A stretch of 64,000 bases of DNA from an uncultured Microbacteriaceae bacterium (GTDB taxonomy: Bacteria; Actinomycetota; Actinomycetes; Actinomycetales; Microbacteriaceae): the NCBI GenBank assembly GCA_964350865.1, contig CAYGLJ010000002.1, positions 2,276 to 66,275 of the forward strand, given 5' to 3'. The notes beneath the pieces were generated by a model. That model saw only the letters and a list, made by a program, of their open reading frames with translations. It was not told the origin of the DNA and made no database searches. A program made the position numbers and the translations under genes. Positions 48,111-57,985 of this stretch are shown here, piece after piece (the first letter of the stretch is position 1; the number at the start of each line of letters is the position of its first letter).

Positions 48111-49019
48111 ATGACTATGGTGCGAATGTCCGAGGAAGTTCAGGATGCTCTCTCGCAGGGTGGGCCGGTAGTTGCCCTCGAATCAACCATCATTGCTCAC
48201 GGGCTCCCGAGGCCTGACAACCTCGCGGCGGCGAGGCGCTGTGAAGACCAGATTCGTGCCGCCGGAGTAACGCCTGCCACCGTGGCTGTCCTCGACGGTG
48301 TCCCGACTGTGGGGCTGAGCGACTCCCAGGTCGAGCGAATTGCAACCGAAGACATTGCAAAAGCGAGCGTTCGAGACCTTCCGATTGTCATCGGGAAGGG
48401 ACTTTCAGGAGCAACCACGGTGGCGTCCACCGCATCCCTGGCCTCTCTTGCGGGCGTGAAGGTCTTCGCTACCGGAGGCCTTGGTGGTGTGCACCGAGGA
48501 GCTGCCGAAACCTTTGACGAGTCTGCTGACCTCTCGGTCCTCGCGTCCACCCCGATCACTGTGGTCTCAGCGGGAGTGAAGTCGATTCTCGATATCTCTG
48601 CGACTCTTGAGCGCCTCGAGACCCTCAGCATTCCGGTCCTGGGCTATCGAACAGATATTTTCCCGGCCTTTTGGCTGAGTGAAAGTGACTATGCCCTGGA
48701 CTGGAGAGTCGACGACGCCACCGAGGTCGCTGCCATCATGCAGGCGCGTGATGGTTTGGGATACACACACGGCATCGTCGTTGCGAATCCGGTACCCCAC
48801 GAGCAGCAGTGGGACCCCACCACCCACGATCGGATGCTGGAGGAAGCTCTCCAGAGCGCGAATAATGCGGGCATCCGGGGTAAAGAGGTGACGCCCTATG
48901 TCCTCTCCTACATCGTTGAGCACTCTCAGGGCGCGAGCCTGGGGGTAAATCTCGATCTCGTGTCTCACAACATTGCCGTCGCCACCGATATCGCCAAGGC
49001 TTGGGCTGCGCTGTCGTGA
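48111..49019 (+). CDS. psuG: pseudouridine-5'-phosphate glycosidase
   Basis: VALESTIIAHGLPRPDN and GGLGGVHRG motifs of the IndA/PsuG family. Confidence 0.9.
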   Translation: MTMVRMSEEVQDALSQGGPVVALESTIIAHGLPRPDNLAAARRCEDQIRAAGVTPATVAVLDGVPTVGLSDSQVERIATEDIAKASVRDLPIVIGKGLSGATTVASTASLASLAGVKVFATGGLGGVHRGAAETFDESADLSVLASTPITVVSAGVKSILDISATLERLETLSIPVLGYRTDIFPAFWLSESDYALDWRVDDATEVAAIMQARDGLGYTHGIVVANPVPHEQQWDPTTHDRMLEEALQSANNAGIRGKEVTPYVLSYIVEHSQGASLGVNLDLVSHNIAVATDIAKAWAALS

Positions 49020-49897
49020 CAGCAGGTCGTGTGCTGGCCGTAGGGGATGTTATCGATGACATCCTCGCGACGATCTCCATTCCTCTTCGACACAACACCG
49101 ACACTCCTGCTCGGATCGCAAAGAGCTCTGGCGGGTCGGCCGCAAACACTGCTGTGTGGCTTGCCCATCAGGGCGTCGAGGTTGATTTTGTGGGTCGTGT
49201 AGGGGAGGCAGACCTCCACCGATTTCGAGAAGAGTTTGAGGATGCTGGGGTGAGGGCTCACCTCAGCGCCGATAGCGACAACCCCACCGGAACCATCGTG
49301 GTGGTCGTGGAGGGGGAATCTCGCACGATGCTCACGGACCGTGGCGCCAATACCGAACTCGATTTCTCTGCGATTGACCAGAACGTGATCGACTCTTCGG
49401 CCTGGGTTCATCTCACGGGCTACAGCATGTTCCACCACTCACGGCCGGAGGTTGTTCCAGAGTTCATTTCTCGAGCTCGCGCCAGTGGTGCCGAGGTTCT
49501 CATCGATGCTTCGTCCAGCGGTTTTCTCAGTGACTTCGGTGTCACCCGTTTCCTTGAGGCCACCAAGGAAGTATCGCTCCTGCGGTGTAATGAGGACGAG
49601 GCTCTCATCCTCTCGGGACTGGAATCCCTCGCTGAGTCGGTGGAGTTCTTGGGCCAACACTTTCCGACCGCGGTCGTGACACAGGGGGCAGAGGGTGTCT
49701 GGCGTGCCGACGGGGGTTCAGTGGCACATATCCCCCTCTCGGATCCGGTGAGGAGCGTGGACCCAACAGGCGCTGGTGACTCCTTCAACGCGGGCCTATT
49801 GGTGGGCTTGGTTCAGGGAGATTCTCTCGAAGACGCCATTCACAGAGGGAGCGCGGTGGCCGCTCTCTGCATTACGAAGGCTGGCGCAAGGCCTTGA
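49016..49897 (+). CDS. psuK: PfkB-family carbohydrate kinase (pseudouridine-kinase-like)
   Basis: GGSAANTA and DPTGAGDSFNAG motifs. GTGA overlap with psuG at 49016 is the preferred start. Confidence 0.78.
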   Translation: MTAGRVLAVGDVIDDILATISIPLRHNTDTPARIAKSSGGSAANTAVWLAHQGVEVDFVGRVGEADLHRFREEFEDAGVRAHLSADSDNPTGTIVVVVEGESRTMLTDRGANTELDFSAIDQNVIDSSAWVHLTGYSMFHHSRPEVVPEFISRARASGAEVLIDASSSGFLSDFGVTRFLEATKEVSLLRCNEDEALILSGLESLAESVEFLGQHFPTAVVTQGAEGVWRADGGSVAHIPLSDPVRSVDPTGAGDSFNAGLLVGLVQGDSLEDAIHRGSAVAALCITKAGARP

Positions 49898-51245
49898 GCT
49901 CGTCAAAAGCCTGGAGCGCACGATCCCGACTCGCTTTGAGGTCGATGATGGGCTCGCTCGGGTAGTCAGGGGTTCCATACTCGGGAATCCACCGTCGGAT
50001 GTACTCCTCCTGGGGGTCAAATTTTTCGGCCTGCAACATCGGGTTGAACACACGGAAGTAGGGGGCGGCGTCCGCACCACTACCCGCTACCCACTGCCAG
50101 CTGGCGGGATTATTCGCCTCATCGGCGTCGACGAGGGTGTCCCAGAACCAGGCTTCGCCCACTCGCCAATCGACCAGCATGTTCTTGATCAGGAAAGAAG
50201 CAACGACCATGCGCACCCGGTTGTGCATATACCCGGTGTGCCATAGCTCACGCATTCCGGCATCGACGAGCGGAACCCCTGTTCTGCCTTTGTGCCACGC
50301 CTTCAGCAGCGCTGGGTCAGTATCGCCCCAGGGGAAGTGATCAAACTCGGCTCGAAAGTTCTTGGTATCCAGTTCGGGGAAGTGAAACAGGATGTTGTAG
50401 GAGAACTCTCGCCACCCCACCTCTGAGAGGAACTTCGCCTTGTTCTTCTCTGCCTCAGCGGGAAGCGAGCGATCAAGTTCCGCCCAAATCTGATGTGGGC
50501 TGATCTCCCCGAAACTCAGGTGCGGGCTGAGACGCGATGTCGTGACGGGGCCCGGCTCATCCCGTCGGTGGTAAAGCTTCAGTGTGTTCTCGACGAAGCC
50601 CTCAAGTCGACGGTGGGCTCCCGCTTCACCGGGGGTCCACATGTCCTGAAGGCCATTCGACCAATCCGGGGTGGTGGGGAGTAGATCCCAGTCCTCGAGG
50701 TTCTCGCTCGGGACGCCATCGGGGGAGCGTAGCGTCGCAGGGGCGGCGAGCGGAGCTCGTGGTGGTTCGCCAGCCAAGGCCGCTCGCCAGAAGGGCGTAA
50801 AGACTTTGAAGGGGTTACCCTCCCCGGTGCGGACCGTCCAGGGTTCAAAGAGTAGGTTGCCTGCAAAACTCTCACAGGTGAGGCCCGCCCCTCGGAGGGT
50901 CTCCTTCAGGACTGCGTCGGCTTCTCGTGCGAGGCCATATCGGCGGTTCCAGAACACTGCAGACGCACCGGTCTCTGCGACCAGGTCTTGAATGACAACG
51001 GGCCCTGATCCTGTGCGGAGGACCAGTGAACCGCCTAAGGCCTCGATCGAGGACCGCAGTGCGGTGAGCGAATGGTGGAGCCACCACTGTGACGCCCGCC
51101 CCAGCGGGCGTGAACCTGGGGTCAGTTCATCGCGGACATACACCACGAGCACTGTCCCACCCGTGGCAACAGCGGCATCAAGAGCGGGGTTGTCCTGGAG
51201 TCGTAAATCGTTGCGCAACCAAACGATAGCGGGGCCAGATGTCAT
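49872..51245 (-). CDS. phr: deoxyribodipyrimidine photolyase (class I CPD type)
   Basis: IVWLRNDLRLQDNPAL and TGVPLVDAGMRELWHTGYMHNRVRM motifs. ATG 51245 is preferred; the 32 upstream codons in the track start at TTG and are Arg/Pro-rich. Confidence 0.9.
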   Translation of the reverse strand: MTSGPAIVWLRNDLRLQDNPALDAAVATGGTVLVVYVRDELTPGSRPLGRASQWWLHHSLTALRSSIEALGGSLVLRTGSGPVVIQDLVAETGASAVFWNRRYGLAREADAVLKETLRGAGLTCESFAGNLLFEPWTVRTGEGNPFKVFTPFWRAALAGEPPRAPLAAPATLRSPDGVPSENLEDWDLLPTTPDWSNGLQDMWTPGEAGAHRRLEGFVENTLKLYHRRDEPGPVTTSRLSPHLSFGEISPHQIWAELDRSLPAEAEKNKAKFLSEVGWREFSYNILFHFPELDTKNFRAEFDHFPWGDTDPALLKAWHKGRTGVPLVDAGMRELWHTGYMHNRVRMVVASFLIKNMLVDWRVGEAWFWDTLVDADEANNPASWQWVAGSGADAAPYFRVFNPMLQAEKFDPQEEYIRRWIPEYGTPDYPSEPIIDLKASRDRALQAFDELKALRQPS

Positions 51246-51399
51246 ACCAGAGAGCGTAGAGCCCCGTCCTGGGAGAGGGGTTCGGGACGTGATGAGGGCC
51301 GGCCGCTGAGGCGAGCGACCGGCCCTATTCCCTTGCACCAAGAGTGTCTTGCAATCACATTCACGAGAGCTGTCACAGCAAACAACTGACGATGTGATG

Positions 51400-51428
51400 A
51401 ATATATAACAGAATGGTAACGGTGTCTA
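51400..51428 (-). promoter_or_regulatory. candidate promoter upstream of phr
   Basis: Minus strand reads TAGACA-N17-TATATT, inside the only clearly AT-rich patch of this spacer. Confidence 0.4.
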
Positions 51429-51456
51429 GTGATCGGTTGTCCGGCGGAAAAACGAG

Positions 51457-52056
51457 CTAGATCATGTCGGGAGACTGGGCTACACCGTAGTTGATGGTGA
51501 CGTCAGCGTGACGATCAAAGCGGTATCCGACACCTCGGACGGTGCGCACGATGTCCTCATAGCGACCTAGCTTTGATCGCAGTCTCCGAACATGAACATC
51601 GATGGTGCGAGCGACAGGAGCATCCTCGTCGCCCTCGGCCCACAGCGCTTCAATGATGACCTCACGATTGACAGTTTGACCTTCTCGCAGGACCAGGAAT
51701 TGCAGGAGTGAAAATTCTTTGTAGGTCAGAGGAGCCTGCTCGTCATCGATGAGCACGCGCTTGCGAGAAATATCGATAACGACCTCGGAATCCTGTGGCT
51801 GACTGTTCTTGGCCAGGTTCCCGAGGGCAATGGGGTCGTGCAGAGCCATACGAACGATGTCCAGGTGTTTACCACCAGCCCCCACGGGCGCTAAGGCGAT
51901 GGCGGCGTGAGTTTCCGTCCCGGGGACGTGATCTGTCACTGTTTTCTTGAGGTCGGTGACGAGTTGTTGCAGGCTGATGCCCGCTGCGCGGGCGTCAGCT
52001 TCGGTGATGCCTACATAGAGAGCGAACCCTCGTGGTTCGCGAGGAGAGGTTGTCAT
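51457..52056 (-). CDS. OmpR/PhoB-type winged-helix DNA-binding protein with a non-receiver N-terminal domain
   Basis: C-terminal LTYKEFSLLQFLVLREGQTVNRE...TIDVHVRRLRSKL...VRGVGYRF. The first roughly 95 aa lack the DD/D/T/K receiver signature. Confidence 0.75.
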   Translation of the reverse strand: MTTSPREPRGFALYVGITEADARAAGISLQQLVTDLKKTVTDHVPGTETHAAIALAPVGAGGKHLDIVRMALHDPIALGNLAKNSQPQDSEVVIDISRKRVLIDDEQAPLTYKEFSLLQFLVLREGQTVNREVIIEALWAEGDEDAPVARTIDVHVRRLRSKLGRYEDIVRTVRGVGYRFDRHADVTINYGVAQSPDMI

Positions 52057-52226
52057 AATCTGTCGATTCGTGAGGGGCAGGAGGCCCAAGGACGGTGAAC
52101 AGGGGGATTAGCCACACATTCGACAGCAACAGAGGTCATGGTTGCCCGCGGGCACCAGGGTGACGCGTGAGCTCTGCATGGCTTGATTATCGGGCCATGG
52201 CCCACAGAGCGTCAAGTCGAATGACG

Positions 52227-52871
52227 TTATCCGACAGTTCCATAGAGCCGGTCACCAGCGTCCCCCAGACCGGGAACGATGAAACCGTGCTCGTTGAGTT
52301 TTTCATCGAGTGCTCCCAACACGATCGTCACATTGCGACCGGCGGTGGCCTTCTCCAACGCTGCGAGTCCCTCCGGGGCGCCGAGGAGACAGACCGCTGT
52401 CACCTCGGTGGCTCCTTTGTCGAAGACATAGTTGATGGCCTGCAGTAGCGAACCGCCCGTGGCCAACATGGGATCGAGAATGAAGACCTGTCGATCGGAA
52501 AGGTCCTCGGGAAGGCGCTCCGCATAGACGCTCGGTTGCAGAGTTTTCTCGTCCCGCACCATCCCCAAGAATCCCACTTCAGCGCTTGGCAACAGTTGAG
52601 TCATGCCCTCCAACATTCCGAGCCCGGCCCGGAGGATCGGAACCACAACAGGTCGTGGCTTGGCAAGCTTCTTCCCGGTAGTGCTGGTGACCGGGGTCGT
52701 GATCTTGTGGTCTTCGACCCGAATGTGACGGGTTGCTTCATAGGCAAGGAGAGTGACGAGCTCCGACGTGAGTGCTCGAAAAACCGGCGATGGCGTTGAC
52801 TCGTCCCGCAAAACGGAGAGTTTGTGAGAGATGAGGGGATGGTCCGCTATGTGCACCTGCATGTCGCTCAC
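52227..52871 (-). CDS. upp: uracil phosphoribosyltransferase
   Basis: PILRAGLGM and [11 protein letters not shown] motifs. Confidence 0.95.
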   Translation of the reverse strand: MSDMQVHIADHPLISHKLSVLRDESTPSPVFRALTSELVTLLAYEATRHIRVEDHKITTPVTSTTGKKLAKPRPVVVPILRAGLGMLEGMTQLLPSAEVGFLGMVRDEKTLQPSVYAERLPEDLSDRQVFILDPMLATGGSLLQAINYVFDKGATEVTAVCLLGAPEGLAALEKATAGRNVTIVLGALDEKLNEHGFIVPGLGDAGDRLYGTVG

Positions 52872-52907
52872 ACTACCCGAGGCCTAGCGTCTGGATAAGG
52901 TGGGCTC

Positions 52908-53360
52908 GTGATGGATGACACCAGCCTGATGGGGATGGCACTTGAGCTTGCCTCTGAGGCTCTCGCCACCGGAGATGTGCCGGTGGCGGCACTCGTTGTC
53001 GATCCTTCCGGACTGGTGATTGCGAGCGCGACGAACACCAAAGAGCGGGATCATGACCCCACCGCACACGCCGAGATTGTGGCGTTGCGACTAGCCGGTC
53101 ACGCCCTGGAGAACACCAACCTCAGTGATCACACCCTGGTGGTAACACTTGAACCGTGCGTGATGTGTGCCGGCGCCATCACACAAGCCCGCATCTCCCG
53201 CCTGGTTTTTGGTGCCTGGGATGACAAAGCCGGAGCTGCCGGTAGCAAACACGATCTGGTCCGCGATCGAACTCTGCCTCATCGCGTTGACGAGGTTGTG
53301 GGCGGTGTCCTTGCGGGCGAGTGCGGAGCACTCCTCACGGACTTCTTTTCCCAGAAGTAG
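52908..53360 (+). CDS. tadA: tRNA adenosine(34) deaminase
   Basis: CDA Zn motifs HAE and PCVMCAGA. 150 aa. Confidence 0.9.
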   Translation: MMDDTSLMGMALELASEALATGDVPVAALVVDPSGLVIASATNTKERDHDPTAHAEIVALRLAGHALENTNLSDHTLVVTLEPCVMCAGAITQARISRLVFGAWDDKAGAAGSKHDLVRDRTLPHRVDEVVGGVLAGECGALLTDFFSQK

Positions 53361-53759
53361 TTAGCGCACAACTCCCGACCAGACCACAGCAACGACGGTA
53401 TTCGCGATAGCGAGGGCTCCGGCTGTGTGCAAGAGGGGCAGCAACTTGCGCTCGTTGTCTCCGCTCGCAAGCTTCTTCTGCTTGCGATATGCCACCACAG
53501 CAACAACAAAGATGATGAGAGCGAGCACGGTCTTGACCGCAATCTTCGCGTGATTAACCGACATGTCGGGGTCATCTGCAAGCCGCATTTCTGCGAGCCC
53601 AGTCAGAAGCAACCCGGTCACTAGCTGAACACTTGCTCCGGTGAGTACCCAGCCAAAGAAGTAGCCGGAGTGGGCACGCATCTGGACGATAAAGGGCCCA
53701 ATAATCAGAGCCAGCCCAATAAAGTGCGCAATCAGAGTGATGTCGCGGACGAGGTCCAT
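53361..53759 (-). CDS. integral membrane protein of unknown function (4 TM)
   Basis: Hydrophobicity pattern only; no family motif recognised. Confidence 0.5.
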   Translation of the reverse strand: MDLVRDITLIAHFIGLALIIGPFIVQMRAHSGYFFGWVLTGASVQLVTGLLLTGLAEMRLADDPDMSVNHAKIAVKTVLALIIFVVAVVAYRKQKKLASGDNERKLLPLLHTAGALAIANTVVAVVWSGVVR

Positions 53760-53771
53760 GGTGCTCCTTCG

Positions 53772-54095
53772 TTAGTCAGATGCTTTGATGACGATGACGT
53801 CAGTGGGTGGTTCAGTTTCTGAGGTGTCACGCACCAATTCGGGCTCTACGTACACTTCGGCCGTCTCGCCAACAACCTCGCGTACGCGCCGTTTCGCATC
53901 GTTCAGAGCGTGCGCGAGGACATAGTTGGGTAATGACTCCGCGAGTTGGATTGTCGCCGCGATGACCCAATGCCCGTCGGGCTCTGCGGTGACGGAGAGG
54001 CGCAGTACGGCTTCCGCATCGGGCCCGTCCAACAGGGCAGCGAGAATGGGTTCTCGGGGAGGAAGCGAGCCCGTCGACTTCTTCTTGTCACCCAT
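53772..54095 (-). CDS. small cytoplasmic protein of unknown function
   Basis: 107 aa, lying 12 nt upstream of the membrane protein gene. The LRLSVTAEPDGHWVIAATIQL...AHALNDAKRRVREVV..VYVEPE pattern is loosely reminiscent of a CDF C-terminal domain; that link is very tentative. Confidence 0.4.
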   Translation of the reverse strand: MGDKKKSTGSLPPREPILAALLDGPDAEAVLRLSVTAEPDGHWVIAATIQLAESLPNYVLAHALNDAKRRVREVVGETAEVYVEPELVRDTSETEPPTDVIVIKASD

Positions 54096-54154
54096 AGTGT
54101 TCTTCCATTCCTAGCAACGGTGCCAACAACGCCTGTCCAATCTACACTGGCACC

Positions 54155-54979
54155 GTGACCCTCTCACTTCCTCGTATTGCAATTCTTGGCACCGGACACA
54201 TGGGTGGTGCAATTCTTGGCGGGCTGAGACAAACAGAGAACGCCTTTGGGGGCATTCGAGTGACCACTGCCACAGCCTCGTCTGCCAAGGTTCTTGCTGG
54301 GAGGGGTGTGGAGGCAAAAAGCCTCGATGACGACCCCGGTGCAAATCAGTGGGCCAGTGACGGGGCGGACATCATCATCCTCGGAGTAAAGCCCCACTAC
54401 CTGTTGGGGCTCCTCGGCGAGGTCGCTCCTCACGCCCCCGACACCGCCGTCATGGTGAGTATTGCGGCTGGAATCACGGTGGAGCAGATGGAGCAGCTGT
54501 GGCCAGGTGCGCTCATTCGGACGATGCCTAACACCCCGTCTCAAGTGGGGAAGGGTGTCACCGGGCTGAGCGCTGGTTCCCGGGTCTCTGAGGATCAACT
54601 CCAGGCAGTGACCAGAGTGTTTGAGACAGTGGGAAGCGTCCTTCAGGTTGACGAAAGTTCCCTGAATGCGTTGAGTACGTTCTCGGGTTCAGGTCCAGCT
54701 TTCGTGTACTTCTTCATCGAGCGATTCATGGAGGTCGCGCTCGAGCACGGTTTCACCGAGGAGCAGGCGACCACCATGGTGCAGGGAACATTCGCTGGAG
54801 CCATGGATCTCCTTGAGCACTCGGGGAAAACTCCACAGGAACTCCGGGAGGCGGTCACCAGCCCCGGGGGGACTACCCAAGCAGCCCTAGACGTGTACCG
54901 AGCGGCAGACCTCAGTGCCATCATTCGCGAGGCCAGCGCCGCCGCCATCGCGCGGGCTGAGGAGATGGCGAAAAGCTGA
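54155..54979 (+). CDS. proC: pyrroline-5-carboxylate reductase
   Basis: ILGTGHMGGAI start, and SGSGPAFVYFFIE and TSPGGTT motifs. Confidence 0.92.
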   Translation: MTLSLPRIAILGTGHMGGAILGGLRQTENAFGGIRVTTATASSAKVLAGRGVEAKSLDDDPGANQWASDGADIIILGVKPHYLLGLLGEVAPHAPDTAVMVSIAAGITVEQMEQLWPGALIRTMPNTPSQVGKGVTGLSAGSRVSEDQLQAVTRVFETVGSVLQVDESSLNALSTFSGSGPAFVYFFIERFMEVALEHGFTEEQATTMVQGTFAGAMDLLEHSGKTPQELREAVTSPGGTTQAALDVYRAADLSAIIREASAAAIARAEEMAKS

Positions 54980-55702
54980 TTACTTGTCGAGGGCGGCGAA
55001 AGTTTCGATGTCCTCGTTGGTCCCCGACACGATAATCAGGTCGTGATTGGTGACTACGGTCTTCTCGGTGGCGTAGGTGAAGGGCTTCCCAGGAGACTTC
55101 ACACCGACCACCGTGATGTTGTATTTCGAGCGGACTTGAGAGTCGGTGAGAGATAGGCCACGAATTGGCTTGGGTGGGTACATCTTCACCAGGGCAAAGT
55201 TGTCGTCGAAGCGGATGAAGTCAATCATCCGGCCTGAGACAAGGTGAGCTACGCGCTCGCCAGCTTCACGCTCGGGATAGATGACACGGTGAGCACCGAT
55301 CCGGGTCAGAATCTTTCCGTGAGATTCGCTAATGGCTTTCGCCCAAATTTGGGGAACCTTCATATCCACCAAGTTGGTGGTGATGAGAACACTGGCCTCA
55401 ATAGAGGACCCGGTCGCGACAACGGCGATAGGAAAGTCCCTCGCACCGATTTGCTCCAGGGCGTTCATGTTCCTGGCATCCAGGACTGCGGTGTGCTTCA
55501 CGCGGTCTGACCACTTCTGAACTAACGCCGGGTCTTCATCAACCGCGAGGACATCTCGTCCGAGCTTGTCGAGCTCGCCCGCGGTGGCGGCTCCGAATCG
55601 TCCCAGACCGATAACCAGGACGGGGGCATCATGGGGAATTTTCTCAACCAACGATCGGCCTTTCTTTTGCCCGGCGGTACACCGTCTGGCGGTGGGTACC
55701 AC
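54980..55702 (-). CDS. trkA: Trk/Ktr potassium uptake system NAD-binding subunit (TrkA-N plus TrkA-C)
   Basis: VLVIGLGRFG Rossmann motif. The likely true start is TTG at 55651, which overlaps the trkH stop by 8 nt. Confidence 0.85.
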   Translation of the reverse strand: MVPTARRCTAGQKKGRSLVEKIPHDAPVLVIGLGRFGAATAGELDKLGRDVLAVDEDPALVQKWSDRVKHTAVLDARNMNALEQIGARDFPIAVVATGSSIEASVLITTNLVDMKVPQIWAKAISESHGKILTRIGAHRVIYPEREAGERVAHLVSGRMIDFIRFDDNFALVKMYPPKPIRGLSLTDSQVRSKYNITVVGVKSPGKPFTYATEKTVVTNHDLIIVSGTNEDIETFAALDK

Positions 55703-57221
55703 TGAGTGCGGTAGCGAGTGTCACTGTACCAACACGTCCCAACAGCATGGTGGCTGAGAGAACGTACTTTGCAGAGTCAGGGAGGTCATTGCTCGTGAGG
55801 CCTGCGCTCAGGCCGCAGGTCGCAAACGCGGAAATGACATCAAAGAGCACCTTCTCCAGGGGCGCGTCAGTAATGCGGAGGATTGTGATGGTGGAGATCG
55901 CCACAATGCTCGCCCCCCACAGGACCACGCTCACCGCGAGGCGAACGGTATCGGAGGGGATGCGTCGCTCGTAGGCGACGATGTCCTGGTTTCCTCGGGC
56001 CTCAGCAAAAGCGGCGAGAAACAAGATGGCCAAGGTCGTGACCTTGATTCCGCCAGCGGTGGAGGCTGAACCGCCGCCAACGAACATCAGCATGTCCAGC
56101 ACCAATAGCGTTGCGCCACCCATTTCCGACGTGTCCACGGTGTTGAAGCCGCCAGAGCGCGACATCATCGACGTGAAGAGGGCGGTCATGGGTCGGTAGG
56201 CGCCGGGTTGTGCACCGAGAGTCTTATCGTTACCCCACTCCAGCGCCCCAATCACGAGTGCCCCGAACACCAGCAGAATGGTGGTGGTAGTCAAAGTCAG
56301 TTTGGCGTGGATGCCTAGGCGTGCGTGATCCAGTGTCCGTCGGAGTCTGCGCAAACGGGCTGTCTTGAAAGCACGCGCGATCGCGTAGATGACTGGGAAA
56401 CCAATACTTCCCAGGAACACCCCAATCCCGATCGTGAAGACCATGATCGGGTCGGTGGCAAAGGGTGACAATCCATCCACGAGGGGAACAAACCCTGTGT
56501 TGGTGAAGGCGGACGCCGCGAGGTACCCGCCCTGCCAGAGAGCTGTCAGCGGGTCGAGGCCCCACACAATCAGGCGGGGAACGATGACGGCCGCAAGCGC
56601 CAGTTCGATGACGAGCACGCTGATGAAGACTGTCTTCAGCAATCCCTTGACTTCGGAAAGTCGCATTCCGTGGGAGTCCTGACCCTCACGGTCATGCAGG
56701 CGGGAGGGGTCAACATCACCGGCCATCATTTTCCGCACCGACAGACCCAAACGTTTCGAGGCAATCACGGCAAGAATTGTGGCCAGGGTCATCACGCCAA
56801 TTCCCCCGATTTGCAGACCCAAGAACACCACAAGGTGGCCAAAGGGGGACCAGTGGGTGGCCATGTTAACCACCGTGAGACCGGTGACACAGATAGCGGA
56901 TACCGCAGTGAAGAGTGCATCGGCGAGAGGAGTTATCTCTCCAGAAGCTGACGCTACCGGCAGCATCAGTAAGAGCGTGGTGATGGTGATCAGGAACAAG
57001 AAAATGAAAATTGTGGCGGTTGCGGCCCCCCCGCCTAGTACGGCCTGGGCGCGGAACAACAGACCCCGCATACCCGAGGGGGCGGAGTAGGGAGCGAGAC
57101 CCGGAACCGGTGAGAGTGGGCGTCGAGAGCGCCTAGTGGAGCGGCGCTTCAACGTCCCTAGCCATGACGACACGTCACGTGGCCTACTTTCTGATCTGAA
57201 CTTCAGACAACCGCCAGCCAT
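55644..57221 (-). CDS. trkH: TrkH-family potassium uptake membrane protein
   Basis: Polytopic protein with repeated M1-P-M2-like units and GFNT/GGSAST(A)GG selectivity-like motifs. The N-terminal roughly 50 codons are Arg-rich, so the start is uncertain. Confidence 0.85.
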   Translation of the reverse strand: MAGGCLKFRSESRPRDVSSWLGTLKRRSTRRSRRPLSPVPGLAPYSAPSGMRGLLFRAQAVLGGGAATATIFIFLFLITITTLLLMLPVASASGEITPLADALFTAVSAICVTGLTVVNMATHWSPFGHLVVFLGLQIGGIGVMTLATILAVIASKRLGLSVRKMMAGDVDPSRLHDREGQDSHGMRLSEVKGLLKTVFISVLVIELALAAVIVPRLIVWGLDPLTALWQGGYLAASAFTNTGFVPLVDGLSPFATDPIMVFTIGIGVFLGSIGFPVIYAIARAFKTARLRRLRRTLDHARLGIHAKLTLTTTTILLVFGALVIGALEWGNDKTLGAQPGAYRPMTALFTSMMSRSGGFNTVDTSEMGGATLLVLDMLMFVGGGSASTAGGIKVTTLAILFLAAFAEARGNQDIVAYERRIPSDTVRLAVSVVLWGASIVAISTITILRITDAPLEKVLFDVISAFATCGLSAGLTSNDLPDSAKYVLSATMLLGRVGTVTLATALSGTHRQTVYRRAKERPIVG

Positions 57222-57257
57222 GGTACTCCCACCAGGGTGCGAGTACGCTACCCCCTT

Positions 57258-57632
57258 ATGAGTGATGTGTTTGATGTCCTTGCCGATTCGACCCGCCGTG
57301 ACATTGTTGATCTATTGCGGTCAGGGTCGGAGATGAGCGTTGGCCAGCTCGTGGAGGCTCTCGGAATTACCCAGCCCACAGTGTCCAAGCACCTGAAGGT
57401 TTTGCGTGATGCTGGCGTTGTCGTGGCCCGGGAGGAAGGTCAGCATCGGTATTACCGCTTCGATGAGGGTTCACTCATGGAGGTGCGCTCCTGGGTGGGT
57501 GGGCAACACTCAGTGGCTGCAGGGCGCCACGAACCATTCTTTGATTTGCGGGAACCAGGCGTCGCTGTGGGCTCGGTAGCGAAAGACGTGATGGCGTGGC
57601 TTGACGACGTCATGACAAAGGTTCGCCGCTAG
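57258..57632 (+). CDS. ArsR/SmtB-family transcriptional regulator
   Basis: LADSTRRDIVDLL...SVGQLVEALGITQPTVSKHLKVLRDAGVV HTH. Confidence 0.8.
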   Translation: MSDVFDVLADSTRRDIVDLLRSGSEMSVGQLVEALGITQPTVSKHLKVLRDAGVVVAREEGQHRYYRFDEGSLMEVRSWVGGQHSVAAGRHEPFFDLREPGVAVGSVAKDVMAWLDDVMTKVRR

Positions 57633-57666
57633 CTCTTTACAGCTATCACCACATCGCTCTAGGGTT

Positions 57667-57906
57667 ATGCGGGTACGACACCACGAGAAAGCTCCCATGT
57701 CCCAGTCCCTATCTCAGATGCGATTCCTCACTGTCGGTGAGGTAGCACAGATGATGCGTGTCTCCACCATGACGGTGTATCGACTGGTTCATGCAGGCGA
57801 GCTTCCTGCAGTACGGTTTGGTCGCTCATTTCGAATCCCGGAATCCGCTGTGTCAAACATCGTGTACTCAGCCGGTGAGCTCCGCGAAATCGGCGAAGTC
57901 GGCTGA
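57667..57906 (+). CDS. excisionase-family/MerR-like helix-turn-helix protein (Rv0500A-like)
   Basis: LTVGEVAQMMRVSTMTVYRLVHAGELPAVRFGRSFRIPESAV. It sits immediately upstream of the bS22 gene, as in other actinobacteria. The start could be an internal Met. Confidence 0.8.
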   Translation: MRVRHHEKAPMSQSLSQMRFLTVGEVAQMMRVSTMTVYRLVHAGELPAVRFGRSFRIPESAVSNIVYSAGELREIGEVG

Positions 57907-57985
57907 GCATTCTGCTCTGCGCTAGACTCCCTAAGTTGTCTGCTCGCAGGTAACCACCAACGACACCAGGTCTAAAGGAAACTTC

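Noticed and set aside
52143-52203. Two perfect 12-nt GC-rich palindromes (tgcccgcgggca and gggccatggccc) upstream of the wHTH regulator gene.
   Set aside because: Roughly a dozen or more 12-nt palindromes are expected by chance in 64 kb of GC-biased sequence. There is no shared sequence between the two, and no loop to allow a hairpin.
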